Source: Chthoniobacter flavus (GTDB taxonomy: Bacteria > Verrucomicrobiota > Verrucomicrobiia > Chthoniobacterales > JACTMZ01). Taken from it: 64,000 nucleotides of DNA. Positions 39,931 through 48,715 of the stretch are shown here, piece after piece. Each line of letters opens with the position of its first letter. The first letter of the stretch is position 1. The notes beneath the pieces were generated by a model, which saw only the letters and a program-made list of their open reading frames with translations, was not told the origin of the DNA and did not search any database. Where the stretch lies: assembly GCA_945878135.1 (NCBI GenBank), contig CAMDUL010000003.1, forward strand, positions 5,972 through 69,971, written 5' to 3'. A program made the translations under genes and the position numbers.

Positions 39931-40358
39931 TCATTCCGGACGCCAACTTGCTGATTTACGCGCACGACGCTTCGTGCCCACAGCATCGCAAAGCCCGCGA
40001 CTGGTGGGAAAGCGCCTTGTCCGGTCCGGAAACCATCGGCATCCCTTGGGTCGTCGTGCTGGCTTTCACTCGGTTGATGACCCACCCGCAGATCTGCATG
40101 AATCCGCTTACGGTTGGACAAGTGCGGGAAATCATGGCCGGCTGGCTGGAGAGTCCGAACACGCGCATCATTCAAGTCTCGGAGCGCGCTCTCGCCACGT
40201 TCTTCGCACTGCTCGAAGATGCCGGGATGGGCGGCAACTTGTCCACAGACGCACTCATCGCCCTCCACGCCCGCGAACATTCCGCATTGGTCTACAGCAC
40301 CGATAGAGACTTCGATCGCTTCCCTGGCTTGCAGTGGTTCAATCCATTGCAGTTGTAG
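39927..40358 (+). CDS. vapC: VapC PIN-domain toxin
   Basis: IIPDANLLIYA, GNLSTDALIA and STDRDFDRF acidic PIN motifs. Confidence 0.92.
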   Translation: MIIPDANLLIYAHDASCPQHRKARDWWESALSGPETIGIPWVVVLAFTRLMTHPQICMNPLTVGQVREIMAGWLESPNTRIIQVSERALATFFALLEDAGMGGNLSTDALIALHAREHSALVYSTDRDFDRFPGLQWFNPLQL

Positions 40359-40424
40359 AGACCACCGGCCAAACTTCCTTACTTGCACCCGAACCCACCT
40401 TCAGCCAAGTTATCCAATCGTTAC

Positions 40425-40495
40425 TGGCCTGTGGTGTAATGGTAACACAGCGGCCTTTGGAGCCGTTATTCATGGTTCGAGTCCATGCGGGCCAG
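40425..40495 (+). tRNA. tRNA-Gln(UUG)
   Basis: TGGCCTG-TGGTGTAATGGTAACAC-GCGGC-CT-TTG-GA-GCCGT...GGTTCGAGTCC..CGGGCCA-G; CCA not encoded. Confidence 0.93.
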
Positions 40496-41483
40496 CTTTT
40501 TGAGCCCGGCCATCCTGAGATTGGCTACCCGGATCGAGAGCCTTGAGCACTCCGCCCAGTCGCGCCAGCCGTGGAGCGGCGACGCCCGCGGCCTGAGCCT
40601 GCCGCAATGGTTCGAGAAACAGACTGTCCAATTCGAGCGGTTGGCCGCGCTCGAAATCGACCAGCGTGGACGCGCGGTAGGCGCCCAGTTTCAAAGTGCG
40701 GTCAATGTTCGCCTGCGCGAGGGCGGGATCGATGGCGAGCCCCTTGGCGTTGGCGGCGGCAATAACTTCCAGCATCACCTCGCGCACGAGATCGGTCCAG
40801 CGTGGGTCGGCGAGCAGTTGGTTGGTGGTCATCACCCGCTGAACTCGCGTCACCGGCAATTGCGGGTCAAGCATGGCCTCAATGCCTGCCGCGGCGGCGA
40901 CGCCGAGTCCGTTGAACGGGATGTTCCAGACAAGCTTTTCCCAGTGGGCGCGCTCGAGGTTATCGGACACCGTGCACGGCACGCCGGCGTGGCGGAACGC
41001 GGCGGCGATGTCCTGCGTGCGCGGCCCGGCCTCGCGTTGGAATTCACCGATGAGAATGTCCCCGTGCGCCGTGTGCCGGATGACGCCGGGTTCGGTGCGG
41101 TTGAGGCACACGTAGCACAGGCCGCCAAGGATTTGCTCCGCGGGGAAAAGCCGGGCGAGCGCCTCTTCGTTGCCGAGGCCGTTCTGCAAGGTGAGCACCA
41201 CGGTGTGCGGACTGACCACGGCCGGGAGCAGTTTGGGAAACTGATTGTTGGCGGTGGTTTTCAGGCCGATCACAACGAGATCCGCGGGCCCGATCTCCTG
41301 CGGCGTGCGCGCGCAATGCGGTCGCAATTGAAAATCGCCGTTGGGACTCAGGATCTGAACGCCGTGTTCGCGCACGAAATCGTAATCTGAGCGCAGGAGA
41401 AAGTGGGCTTCGTGACCGGCACGCGCGAGCATCGCCCCGTAGTAGGAACCGAGCGCGCCGCAACCGATTGTGGCAACCTTCAC
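40470..41483 (-). CDS. panE: 2-dehydropantoate 2-reductase (ApbA/PanE family)
   Basis: IGCGALGSYYG, LQNGLGNE, WEKLVWN and LELDS; GTG start at 41483. Confidence 0.85.
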   Translation of the reverse strand: MKVATIGCGALGSYYGAMLARAGHEAHFLLRSDYDFVREHGVQILSPNGDFQLRPHCARTPQEIGPADLVVIGLKTTANNQFPKLLPAVVSPHTVVLTLQNGLGNEEALARLFPAEQILGGLCYVCLNRTEPGVIRHTAHGDILIGEFQREAGPRTQDIAAAFRHAGVPCTVSDNLERAHWEKLVWNIPFNGLGVAAAAGIEAMLDPQLPVTRVQRVMTTNQLLADPRWTDLVREVMLEVIAAANAKGLAIDPALAQANIDRTLKLGAYRASTLVDFERGQPLELDSLFLEPLRQAQAAGVAAPRLARLGGVLKALDPGSQSQDGRAQKAGPHGLEP

Positions 41484-41606
41484 TTGAAAACCCTTAACAC
41501 GCTGCCGAAAGCGCGGCGAGCGCGCAGGTGCGGGTTCGGGTTTCCCCTTGATCCGCACGATGATTGGGCGGAAAAGAAGAGTCTCCCCCGCGAAAGCAGT
41601 CAATTT

Positions 41607-43100
41607 ATGAGCAAACTCCTCCCCGTGCCGCTGTTCATCGGCGGCGAGTGGTCCAACGTCTCCGGCGTCGCCACCACTCCTGTCCACAACCCCTCGATCG
41701 GCGAAGTCATCGCCGAGACCCCGCTCTGCGGGGCCGACACCATCGACCAAGCTGTCCGCGCCGCCGCCGAAGCTTTCCCGAAATGGATGGAGACCCCGCC
41801 CGTCGAGCGCGCCCGCATTCTGATGAAGCTCAAGGTCATGCTCGAGGACCACTTCGAGGAACTGGCCCAAAGCGTGACCCGCGAACACGGAAAGACCCTT
41901 GCCGAAGCGCGCGGTGACGTCCGCCGCGGACTGGAAAACATCGAGTTCGCCTGCGGTGCGCCATCACTGCTCATGGGCGAATCGCTCGAGAACGTCGCCC
42001 GCGGCATCGATTGCGACACCATCCGCCAACCCCTCGGCGTAGTCGCCGGCATCACGCCGTTCAACTTCCCTGCCATGGTCCCGCTCTGGATGTGGCCCAT
42101 GGCCATCGCCTGCGGCAACACCTTCATCCTCAAACCGAGCGAAAAAGTCCCGCTCACCTCGATCCGCATCGCGCAGATCGCGGAAAAAGCCGGACTTCCC
42201 CCCGGCGTGCTCAACCTCGTTCACGGCGGACGCGAAGCCGTCGACGCCATCCTCACCCACCCGACAATCAAAGCCGTCTCCTTCGTCGGTTCCACTCCGA
42301 TCGCCAAATACATCTACGAAACCGGCACGGCGCACGGTAAACGCGTGCAAGCCGCCGGGGGCGCGAAAAATTTCGTCCTCATCATGCCCGATGCGGACGT
42401 CACCAATTCCGCCACCGGCCTCGTCGAGTCCGCTTTCGGCTGTGCCGGCGAACGCTGCATGGCCAGCTCCACCGCCGTGGCCATCGGCGACGCCGCCCAT
42501 ACCGTCCTCCCTGCGCTGGTCGATGTCGTTTCCAAAATCCGCGTCGGCCCGACCGACCGCGACCCGCAGGCCCAGATGGGAGCCGTCATCACGCGCAAAC
42601 ACGCCGACCGCGTCTGCAACCTCATCACCCAAGCCGCCGACCAAGGCGCCAAACCCCTCACTGACGGACGCCACACCAAAGTCGAATCCGCTCCGAAGGG
42701 TTTCTACGTCGGCCCCACCGTCTTGGATCACGTCCTGCCCGACATGATCACCATGAAAGAAGAAGTCTTCGGCCCCGTGCTCAATGTCGTCCGCATGGAG
42801 GATCTCGACTCCGCCATCGAGCTCGCCAACCGCTCGATCTACGGCAACGGCGCTGCCATCTTCACGCGCAGCGGCAAAGCCGCCCGCGAATTCCGCCACC
42901 GTATCCAAGCCGGCATGGTCGGGGTCAACATCGGCGTCCCCGCACCTATGGCCTTCTTCCCCTTCAGCGGATGGCACCAGTCCTTCTTCGGCGACCTCCA
43001 CATCCAAGGCCGCGAAAGCGTCGCCTTCTACACCCAGCAAAAAGTCACCACCACCCGCTGGTTCAGTTATGGGGAAGGTTCGATCTGGAGTGACAAGTGA
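41607..43100 (+). CDS. mmsA: CoA-acylating (methyl)malonate-semialdehyde dehydrogenase
   Basis: ITPFNFPAMVPLW, GGAKN, GCAGERCMA, EVFGPVL and FFGDLHIQG. Confidence 0.92.
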   Translation: MSKLLPVPLFIGGEWSNVSGVATTPVHNPSIGEVIAETPLCGADTIDQAVRAAAEAFPKWMETPPVERARILMKLKVMLEDHFEELAQSVTREHGKTLAEARGDVRRGLENIEFACGAPSLLMGESLENVARGIDCDTIRQPLGVVAGITPFNFPAMVPLWMWPMAIACGNTFILKPSEKVPLTSIRIAQIAEKAGLPPGVLNLVHGGREAVDAILTHPTIKAVSFVGSTPIAKYIYETGTAHGKRVQAAGGAKNFVLIMPDADVTNSATGLVESAFGCAGERCMASSTAVAIGDAAHTVLPALVDVVSKIRVGPTDRDPQAQMGAVITRKHADRVCNLITQAADQGAKPLTDGRHTKVESAPKGFYVGPTVLDHVLPDMITMKEEVFGPVLNVVRMEDLDSAIELANRSIYGNGAAIFTRSGKAAREFRHRIQAGMVGVNIGVPAPMAFFPFSGWHQSFFGDLHIQGRESVAFYTQQKVTTTRWFSYGEGSIWSDK

Positions 43101-43107
43101 CCGCGGC

Positions 43108-43371
43108 TCAACGCCCCTTGTAAATCTCCCGGCGATGACCGACGAACAGCAGATCTACCCGCTGCTCGCTAACGTCAAAGTCGTAGATCACACGGTAATC
43201 CCCCACGCGAAGCCGGAACGCATCCGTGCCCTGCAGCCTGTGATGGCCTGCCGACGAAAGGTTGCGCCCCAACAAATCAACTGCCTCGCTAACGCGGATC
43301 CGCACCCCGGCCGGCAGCGCATCGAACGCCTTGCTGAATGTCTGCGACCAAACCTGTGTGGCCGCCGGCAT
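43108..43371 (-). CDS. RelE/ParE-family toxin
   Basis: FRLRVGDYRVIY....VGHRREIY. Confidence 0.88.
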   Translation of the reverse strand: MPAATQVWSQTFSKAFDALPAGVRIRVSEAVDLLGRNLSSAGHHRLQGTDAFRLRVGDYRVIYDFDVSEQRVDLLFVGHRREIYKGR

Positions 43372-43379
43372 ACCGAACT

Positions 43380-43574
43380 CTACACCGCGTCCGGTTGGCG
43401 AATTTTCGCCTGTCCGGCGGCAATTTCACCACGGGCCCGCGCAATTGCATCCGTCACTTCATCACGGACGACGAGATCATCTTCAATCTTGTCGTCGAGC
43501 CACGCCCGAAGCTGGATCAAATCCGCGCGCGACAACCGCTCGGCCGCTTGCTCGAATTCCTGCACCGTGCTCAT
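43380..43574 (-). CDS. Putative cognate antitoxin
   Basis: 64-aa acidic ORF 8 nt upstream of the RelE-like gene on the same strand. Confidence 0.7.
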   Translation of the reverse strand: MSTVQEFEQAAERLSRADLIQLRAWLDDKIEDDLVVRDEVTDAIARARGEIAAGQAKIRQPDAV

Positions 43575-43687
43575 ACCGATATAGCTTAGTCTACTACCCC
43601 AACTGAATCAACTGCTCTAAACTCTGTCAGCTGAGCCGAGTCTTCGAGACGGGCCCCAACCAAAACTGAACACTTACCAATACTGTT

Positions 43688-45070
43688 ATGCCCCTCCTCA
43701 TCAAAAACGCTGATATTATAAACGCCGACACCCGTTACACCGCCGACATCCTTTGCGAAGGAGAGACGATCACCCGCATCGACCAAAACATCACGCCGCC
43801 CGCCGGAGCCGAAGTGATTGATGCCGCAGGCAAACACGTCTTTCCGGGTTTCATCGACCCCCACACCCACATCTACCTGCCCTTTATGGGCACCTATTCG
43901 AAAGACAACTACGAGACGGGAACTAAAGCAGCGCTCGTCGGCGGCACTACAACCATTTTCGAGATGGTCTGTCCCTCGCGCGACATGCCGCCGGCCGAAG
44001 GCTTCGCCACCTGGCAGGCGCAGGCCGAAGGCAAGGCCTGCTGCGACTACACCTTCCATATGGGAGTGACCCGCTTTGACGCCGAGTCCGCCAAACAGCT
44101 CCGCGAAATCGTCAAGCAAGGTGTGGGCAGCTTCAAAGTCTTCCTTGCCTACAAAGGCGCGTTCGGCGTCGACGACACGGAACTCTGGGAGACGCTGAAG
44201 CTGGCCAAGGAACTGGGTGTTATCGTCACCGCGCACTGCGAAAACGAAACACTTGTGGCACAGTTGCAAAAGCAACTGCTCGCCGCTGGCCGCACCGGAC
44301 CCGACGCGCACCACGACAGCCGTCCACCTTACGTCGAAGCCGAGGGTGTGCACCATTTGATGTCCTTCGCCGCCCTGACCGGCACGCACACCTACATCGT
44401 CCATCTCAGCTGCGTCGAAGCACTGCGTGAAGCCATCGAAGCCCGCGAACGCGGGGTGACAGTCTTTGTCGAAACCCTCATCCAATACCTCGTCCTCGAC
44501 AAATCCTACGCGGAGAAGCCGAACTTCGAAGGCGCCAAGTTCGTCATGTCCCCGCCCCTGCGCGACATCTCGAATCAGCAGATTCTCTGGGACGGACTGG
44601 CCAGCGGACTGGTCAACACGGTCGGCACCGACCACGCCCCGTTCGACTTCAAAGACCAGAAACCGATGGGCAAAGACGACTTCACCAAGATCCCCAACGG
44701 CATCCCGTCCATAGAGGACCGCATCAATCTCCTCTACACCCACGGCGTGAAAAAAGGCCGCCTTACTCTCCAGCAACTGGTCGCCGTGGCCAGCACCAAC
44801 GCCGCGAAAATCTTCGACCTCTACCCGCGCAAAGGTGTCATACAACCCGGCGCCGACGCCGACCTCGTCGTCTACGATCCCTCCTACCGCGGCAACCTTT
44901 CGGTTAAGACCCAGACCCAGAACGTCGACTACAACGCCTTCGAAGGCTGGGAAATCGAAGGCCGCCCGTCCATCGTCACAGTCCGGGGCGAAGTCGCGGT
45001 GCGCGACGGAAAGTTCGTCGGCACGGTCGGCCGCGGACGTTTCCTTCAGCGGAAGCCTTCCCATTTTTGA
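43688..45070 (+). CDS. hydA: Dihydropyrimidinase
   Basis: PGFIDPHTH, carbamylated Lys in SFKVFLAY, HCEN, VHLS and TDHAPF. Confidence 0.92.
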   Translation: MPLLIKNADIINADTRYTADILCEGETITRIDQNITPPAGAEVIDAAGKHVFPGFIDPHTHIYLPFMGTYSKDNYETGTKAALVGGTTTIFEMVCPSRDMPPAEGFATWQAQAEGKACCDYTFHMGVTRFDAESAKQLREIVKQGVGSFKVFLAYKGAFGVDDTELWETLKLAKELGVIVTAHCENETLVAQLQKQLLAAGRTGPDAHHDSRPPYVEAEGVHHLMSFAALTGTHTYIVHLSCVEALREAIEARERGVTVFVETLIQYLVLDKSYAEKPNFEGAKFVMSPPLRDISNQQILWDGLASGLVNTVGTDHAPFDFKDQKPMGKDDFTKIPNGIPSIEDRINLLYTHGVKKGRLTLQQLVAVASTNAAKIFDLYPRKGVIQPGADADLVVYDPSYRGNLSVKTQTQNVDYNAFEGWEIEGRPSIVTVRGEVAVRDGKFVGTVGRGRFLQRKPSHF

Positions 45071-45100
45071 CTTGGCACGCTTGCCCTGTTTGTAGCTGTC

Positions 45101-46558
45101 ATGCATCCCGCACCCGACCAACACGACCCGCGACTCTGGAATGCGGACCTGGCCCCCGTGCCGCAGGACCGCCGCACCTGGACCACTTGGAACGTCGCCG
45201 CTCTCTGGGTCGGCATGGCCGTGTGCATCACAACCTACACCTTGGCCAGCAGCCTCATCGAACAAGGCATGAACTGGTGGCAGGCCACGCTGACCGTCTT
45301 TCTCGGCAATCTCATCGTCTTGGTTCCCATGACGCTCAACGCGCACCCGGGCACGGCCTACGGGATCCCGTTCCCCGTGCTGCTCCGTGCGTCATTCGGC
45401 ACGTTTGGTTCGAACATCCCGGCACTGATGCGCGGGCTGGTCGCCTGCGGATGGTTCGGCATCCAGACATGGGTCGGCGGAGCGGCGATCTACGCCACGG
45501 GCGCCGTCGTCTTCGGCTTCGACCCCGCAGCCCGGCAGCCCCTGCCGATTCTCGGAATTTCATCCGGTGAATTCCTCTGCTTCATGATTTTCTGGGCGAT
45601 CAATGTCTACTTCATCGTTCGCGGCATGGAGTCGATCAAATGGATGGAAACCCTCAGCGCGCCATTCCTTCTCCTTGTCGGCGTGGCGCTCGTCTGGTGG
45701 GCTTGGGACGCAGCAGACGGCTTCGGTCCGATCTTCACCCAACCCGCCAAACTCGACACCGCGGCGAAATTCTGGCCGGTCTTCGGCGTTGGACTCACCG
45801 CCATGGTCGGCTACTGGGCCACGCTTTCGCTCAACATCCCCGACTTCTCCCGCTACGCCCGCTCGCAGCGCGATCAGGTCGTGGGGCAAGCTCTCGGCCT
45901 GCCCGCGACGATGACATTTTACGCTTTCATCGGCATCCTCGTGACCAGTGCGACGATCGTCATTTTCGGCTCGGCCATCTGGGATCCGGTGCAGGTCATC
46001 GCCAAATTCGGCAACCCGTTGGTCTCGGCCTTGGCGCTGGTCACCCTTGCCGTGGCCACTCTCTCGACCAACATCGCGGCCAATGTCGTCTCGCCGGCCA
46101 ATGACTTTTCCAACCTCGCCCCGCAACGGATCAGCTTCCGCACCGGCGGACTGATCACCGCTTTCCTCGGCATCCTCATGATGCCATGGAAACTTTACCA
46201 GGACCCGAGCGGCTACATTTTCACCTGGCTCATCGGTTACAGCGCCCTGCTTGGACCGATCGCCGGCATCATGATCGCGGACTACTTCGTCTGGCGACGC
46301 AAGAAGCTCGATGCCGCCCAGCTTTACCAGCGCCACGGGATCTACCGCTACACCGGCGGATTCAGCCTTGTCGGCTTTGGTGTCTTGATCGCCGCGGTTT
46401 TGCCGAATCTCCCCGGTTTTCTCGTCACGATCAAGATCCTCCCGGCCGATGCTTTCCCTGCCTGGTTGGTTGCCAGTTACCATTACGCGTGGTTTGTCGG
46501 GTTTGCTCTCGGCTTTCTTCTGTATAGTCTGATCCGCCCTCTCTTCCCAAACCGATGA
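45101..46558 (+). CDS. NCS1-family nucleobase:cation symporter
   Basis: [34 protein letters not shown] and [12 protein letters not shown]. Confidence 0.93.
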   Translation: MHPAPDQHDPRLWNADLAPVPQDRRTWTTWNVAALWVGMAVCITTYTLASSLIEQGMNWWQATLTVFLGNLIVLVPMTLNAHPGTAYGIPFPVLLRASFGTFGSNIPALMRGLVACGWFGIQTWVGGAAIYATGAVVFGFDPAARQPLPILGISSGEFLCFMIFWAINVYFIVRGMESIKWMETLSAPFLLLVGVALVWWAWDAADGFGPIFTQPAKLDTAAKFWPVFGVGLTAMVGYWATLSLNIPDFSRYARSQRDQVVGQALGLPATMTFYAFIGILVTSATIVIFGSAIWDPVQVIAKFGNPLVSALALVTLAVATLSTNIAANVVSPANDFSNLAPQRISFRTGGLITAFLGILMMPWKLYQDPSGYIFTWLIGYSALLGPIAGIMIADYFVWRRKKLDAAQLYQRHGIYRYTGGFSLVGFGVLIAAVLPNLPGFLVTIKILPADAFPAWLVASYHYAWFVGFALGFLLYSLIRPLFPNR

Positions 46559-47898
46559 AAACACCCGCGCTCCCCCCGACCGAGCACCAACCCCGGCCTT
46601 ACACCGGTCCGTCCCCCGGGGACGTTCTCGCCCTGCGCAAGCAGTTCATGAACCCGGGTATTTTCCTCTACTACAAAAAGCCCCTCATGGTTGTCGAAGG
46701 CCGCATGCAATACGTGTGGGACGAGAAGGGCAAACGCTACCTCGACGGACTCGGCGGTATCGTCACGGTCAGCGTCGGTCACTGCCACCCGCACGTCATA
46801 GCGGCCGGCAACAAACAAAACGAACTCTACCAGCACTCGACGACGATTTATCTTCACCCGAATGTCTCGCAATACGCCGAGAAGCTCGCCTCGAAAATGC
46901 CCGGCGACCTCAAGGCCTGCTATTTCGTCAATTCCGGCTCCGAAGCCAACGACCTGGCCATCCTCATGGCCCGCGCCTACACGGGAAACTTCGACATCAT
47001 CGCCCTGCGCAACGCCTACCACGGCGGCAACCACGCCACCATGGGTGTCACCGCCCACGGCACATGGAAATACAACATCCCGCAGGCCTTCGGCGTGCAC
47101 CACGCGCTCGCCCCTTATCCTTACCGCGGCATCTGGGGCTATGACGATCCGCAGGCCGGACCCAACTATGCCAACGATGTGAAGGAAATCATCGATTACG
47201 CCAGTTCGGGACGCATCGCCGGCTTCATCGCCGAATCGATCCAAGGCGTCGGCGGCTTCGTCGAATTCCCGGCCGACTATTTGAAAAACGTCTACGGCTA
47301 CGTCCGCGCCGCGGGCGGCGTCTGCATCGCGGACGAGGTCCAGACCGGCTTCGGACGCACCGGCACGCATTTCTGGGGCTTCGAAACGCAGGGTGTCATT
47401 CCCGACATCGTCACCATGGCCAAAGGCATCGGCAACGGCTGTCCCCTCGCCGCGGTTGTCACCACCCATGAAATCGCCCAGTCCCTCGTCGGCAAGGTCC
47501 ACTTCAACACCTTCGGCGGAAACCCCGTGGTCAGCGCCATGGGCAAAGCCGTGCTCGAAGTCATCGAGAAAGAGAACCTGCAGGAGAACTCGCACAAAAT
47601 GGGTGAATACATCCTGGCCGGACTGAACAAACTGAAGGAGAAGCACAAAATCATCGGCGACGTCCGCGGCAAAGGCCTCATGCTCGGTATCGAGATGGTC
47701 AAGGACCGCAAAACCAAGGAGCCTGCCACCGCGGAATGCGCCCAAGTGCTCGAAACGGCCCGCGATCTCGGACTCCTCCTCGGCAAAGGCGGATTGCGCG
47801 GACAAGTCATCCGTTTCGCCCCACCGATGTGCATCACCAAGGCCGATGCCGACTTCCTCCTCGAAGTCCTCGACGAAAGCTTCAGCCGGCTGGGCTAA
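46555..47898 (+). CDS. Class III aminotransferase (AGXT2/PYD4-like beta-alanine/beta-aminoisobutyrate:pyruvate aminotransferase)
   Basis: [18 protein letters not shown] and MAKGIGNG (PLP Lys); pyrimidine-catabolism context. Confidence 0.85.
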   Translation: MKTPALPPTEHQPRPYTGPSPGDVLALRKQFMNPGIFLYYKKPLMVVEGRMQYVWDEKGKRYLDGLGGIVTVSVGHCHPHVIAAGNKQNELYQHSTTIYLHPNVSQYAEKLASKMPGDLKACYFVNSGSEANDLAILMARAYTGNFDIIALRNAYHGGNHATMGVTAHGTWKYNIPQAFGVHHALAPYPYRGIWGYDDPQAGPNYANDVKEIIDYASSGRIAGFIAESIQGVGGFVEFPADYLKNVYGYVRAAGGVCIADEVQTGFGRTGTHFWGFETQGVIPDIVTMAKGIGNGCPLAAVVTTHEIAQSLVGKVHFNTFGGNPVVSAMGKAVLEVIEKENLQENSHKMGEYILAGLNKLKEKHKIIGDVRGKGLMLGIEMVKDRKTKEPATAECAQVLETARDLGLLLGKGGLRGQVIRFAPPMCITKADADFLLEVLDESFSRLG

Positions 47899-47911
47899 TA
47901 CCCGTCTCTCC

Positions 47912-48715
47912 ATGAGCGACGTGCTAGAGGAGTTGCTCGAAGCCCGCCGCACCGGACGTCCCTGCGTCTTGGCAACCGTCGCCGCGACCAAGGGATCCGT
48001 CCCCCGCCATCCCGGCGCCAAAATGATCGTCTACGCCGATGGATCCATCTCCGGAACGGTCGGCGGCGGCAAATTCGAATCCCTCGTCATCGCCGAAGCA
48101 CTCGGCTGCCTCGACCGCAACGAGCCCCTGCTCAAGACGTGGCCGCTGCGCGAAGACCAACCGGACTCTTTCGGCGCCATCTGCGGCGGCGAAGTGACCA
48201 TCCTGATCGAACCTCAGTCTCCCGCCCACCGCCTGCTCATCGTCGGCGGCGGGCACTGCGCCCAAGCCATCGCCAAACTCGCCGCCGAATGCGGCTTCCA
48301 CGTCACCGCCCTCGAGGACCGCGAAGATATCCTCGGACAATGCCAAGCCGCCCACCAGCGGCTGACCGATCCGGCCCCGGCTTACATCTCCTCGCGCGCC
48401 TGGAAAAAAAGCGATGCCATGGTCATTGTCAGCCGTCATTACGATATCGACCGCGAAGCCCTCGCCGCCGCGCTGCAGCACGGAGCCCCCGGTTACGTCG
48501 GCATGATCGGCAGCCGACGTAAAGTCCTCCAGGTCTACGACCGGCTCAAGGCCGACGGCTTCACCGCCGGACAACTCGCCACCGTCCACGCCCCCACCGG
48601 CCTCGACATCGGCGCGGATTCCCCCGCGGAAATCGCCGTGAGCGTCGTGGCGGAAATCCTCGCCGTCCTCCGCAACAAGTCAGGAAACTCCCTGAAACTC
48701 ACGGCGAATCTATAG
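47912..48715 (+). CDS. XdhC/CoxI-family Mo-hydroxylase maturation factor
   Basis: GSVPRHPGAKM, GTVGGG, CGG, GMIGSRRK and PTGLDIGADSPAEIAVS. Confidence 0.9.
   Translation: MSDVLEELLEARRTGRPCVLATVAATKGSVPRHPGAKMIVYADGSISGTVGGGKFESLVIAEALGCLDRNEPLLKTWPLREDQPDSFGAICGGEVTILIEPQSPAHRLLIVGGGHCAQAIAKLAAECGFHVTALEDREDILGQCQAAHQRLTDPAPAYISSRAWKKSDAMVIVSRHYDIDREALAAALQHGAPGYVGMIGSRRKVLQVYDRLKADGFTAGQLATVHAPTGLDIGADSPAEIAVSVVAEILAVLRNKSGNSLKLTANL

Noticed and set aside
43585-43680. Possible CAACTG-based short repeats upstream of hydA
   Set aside because: Only two or three irregular copies with inconsistent period; not convincing.
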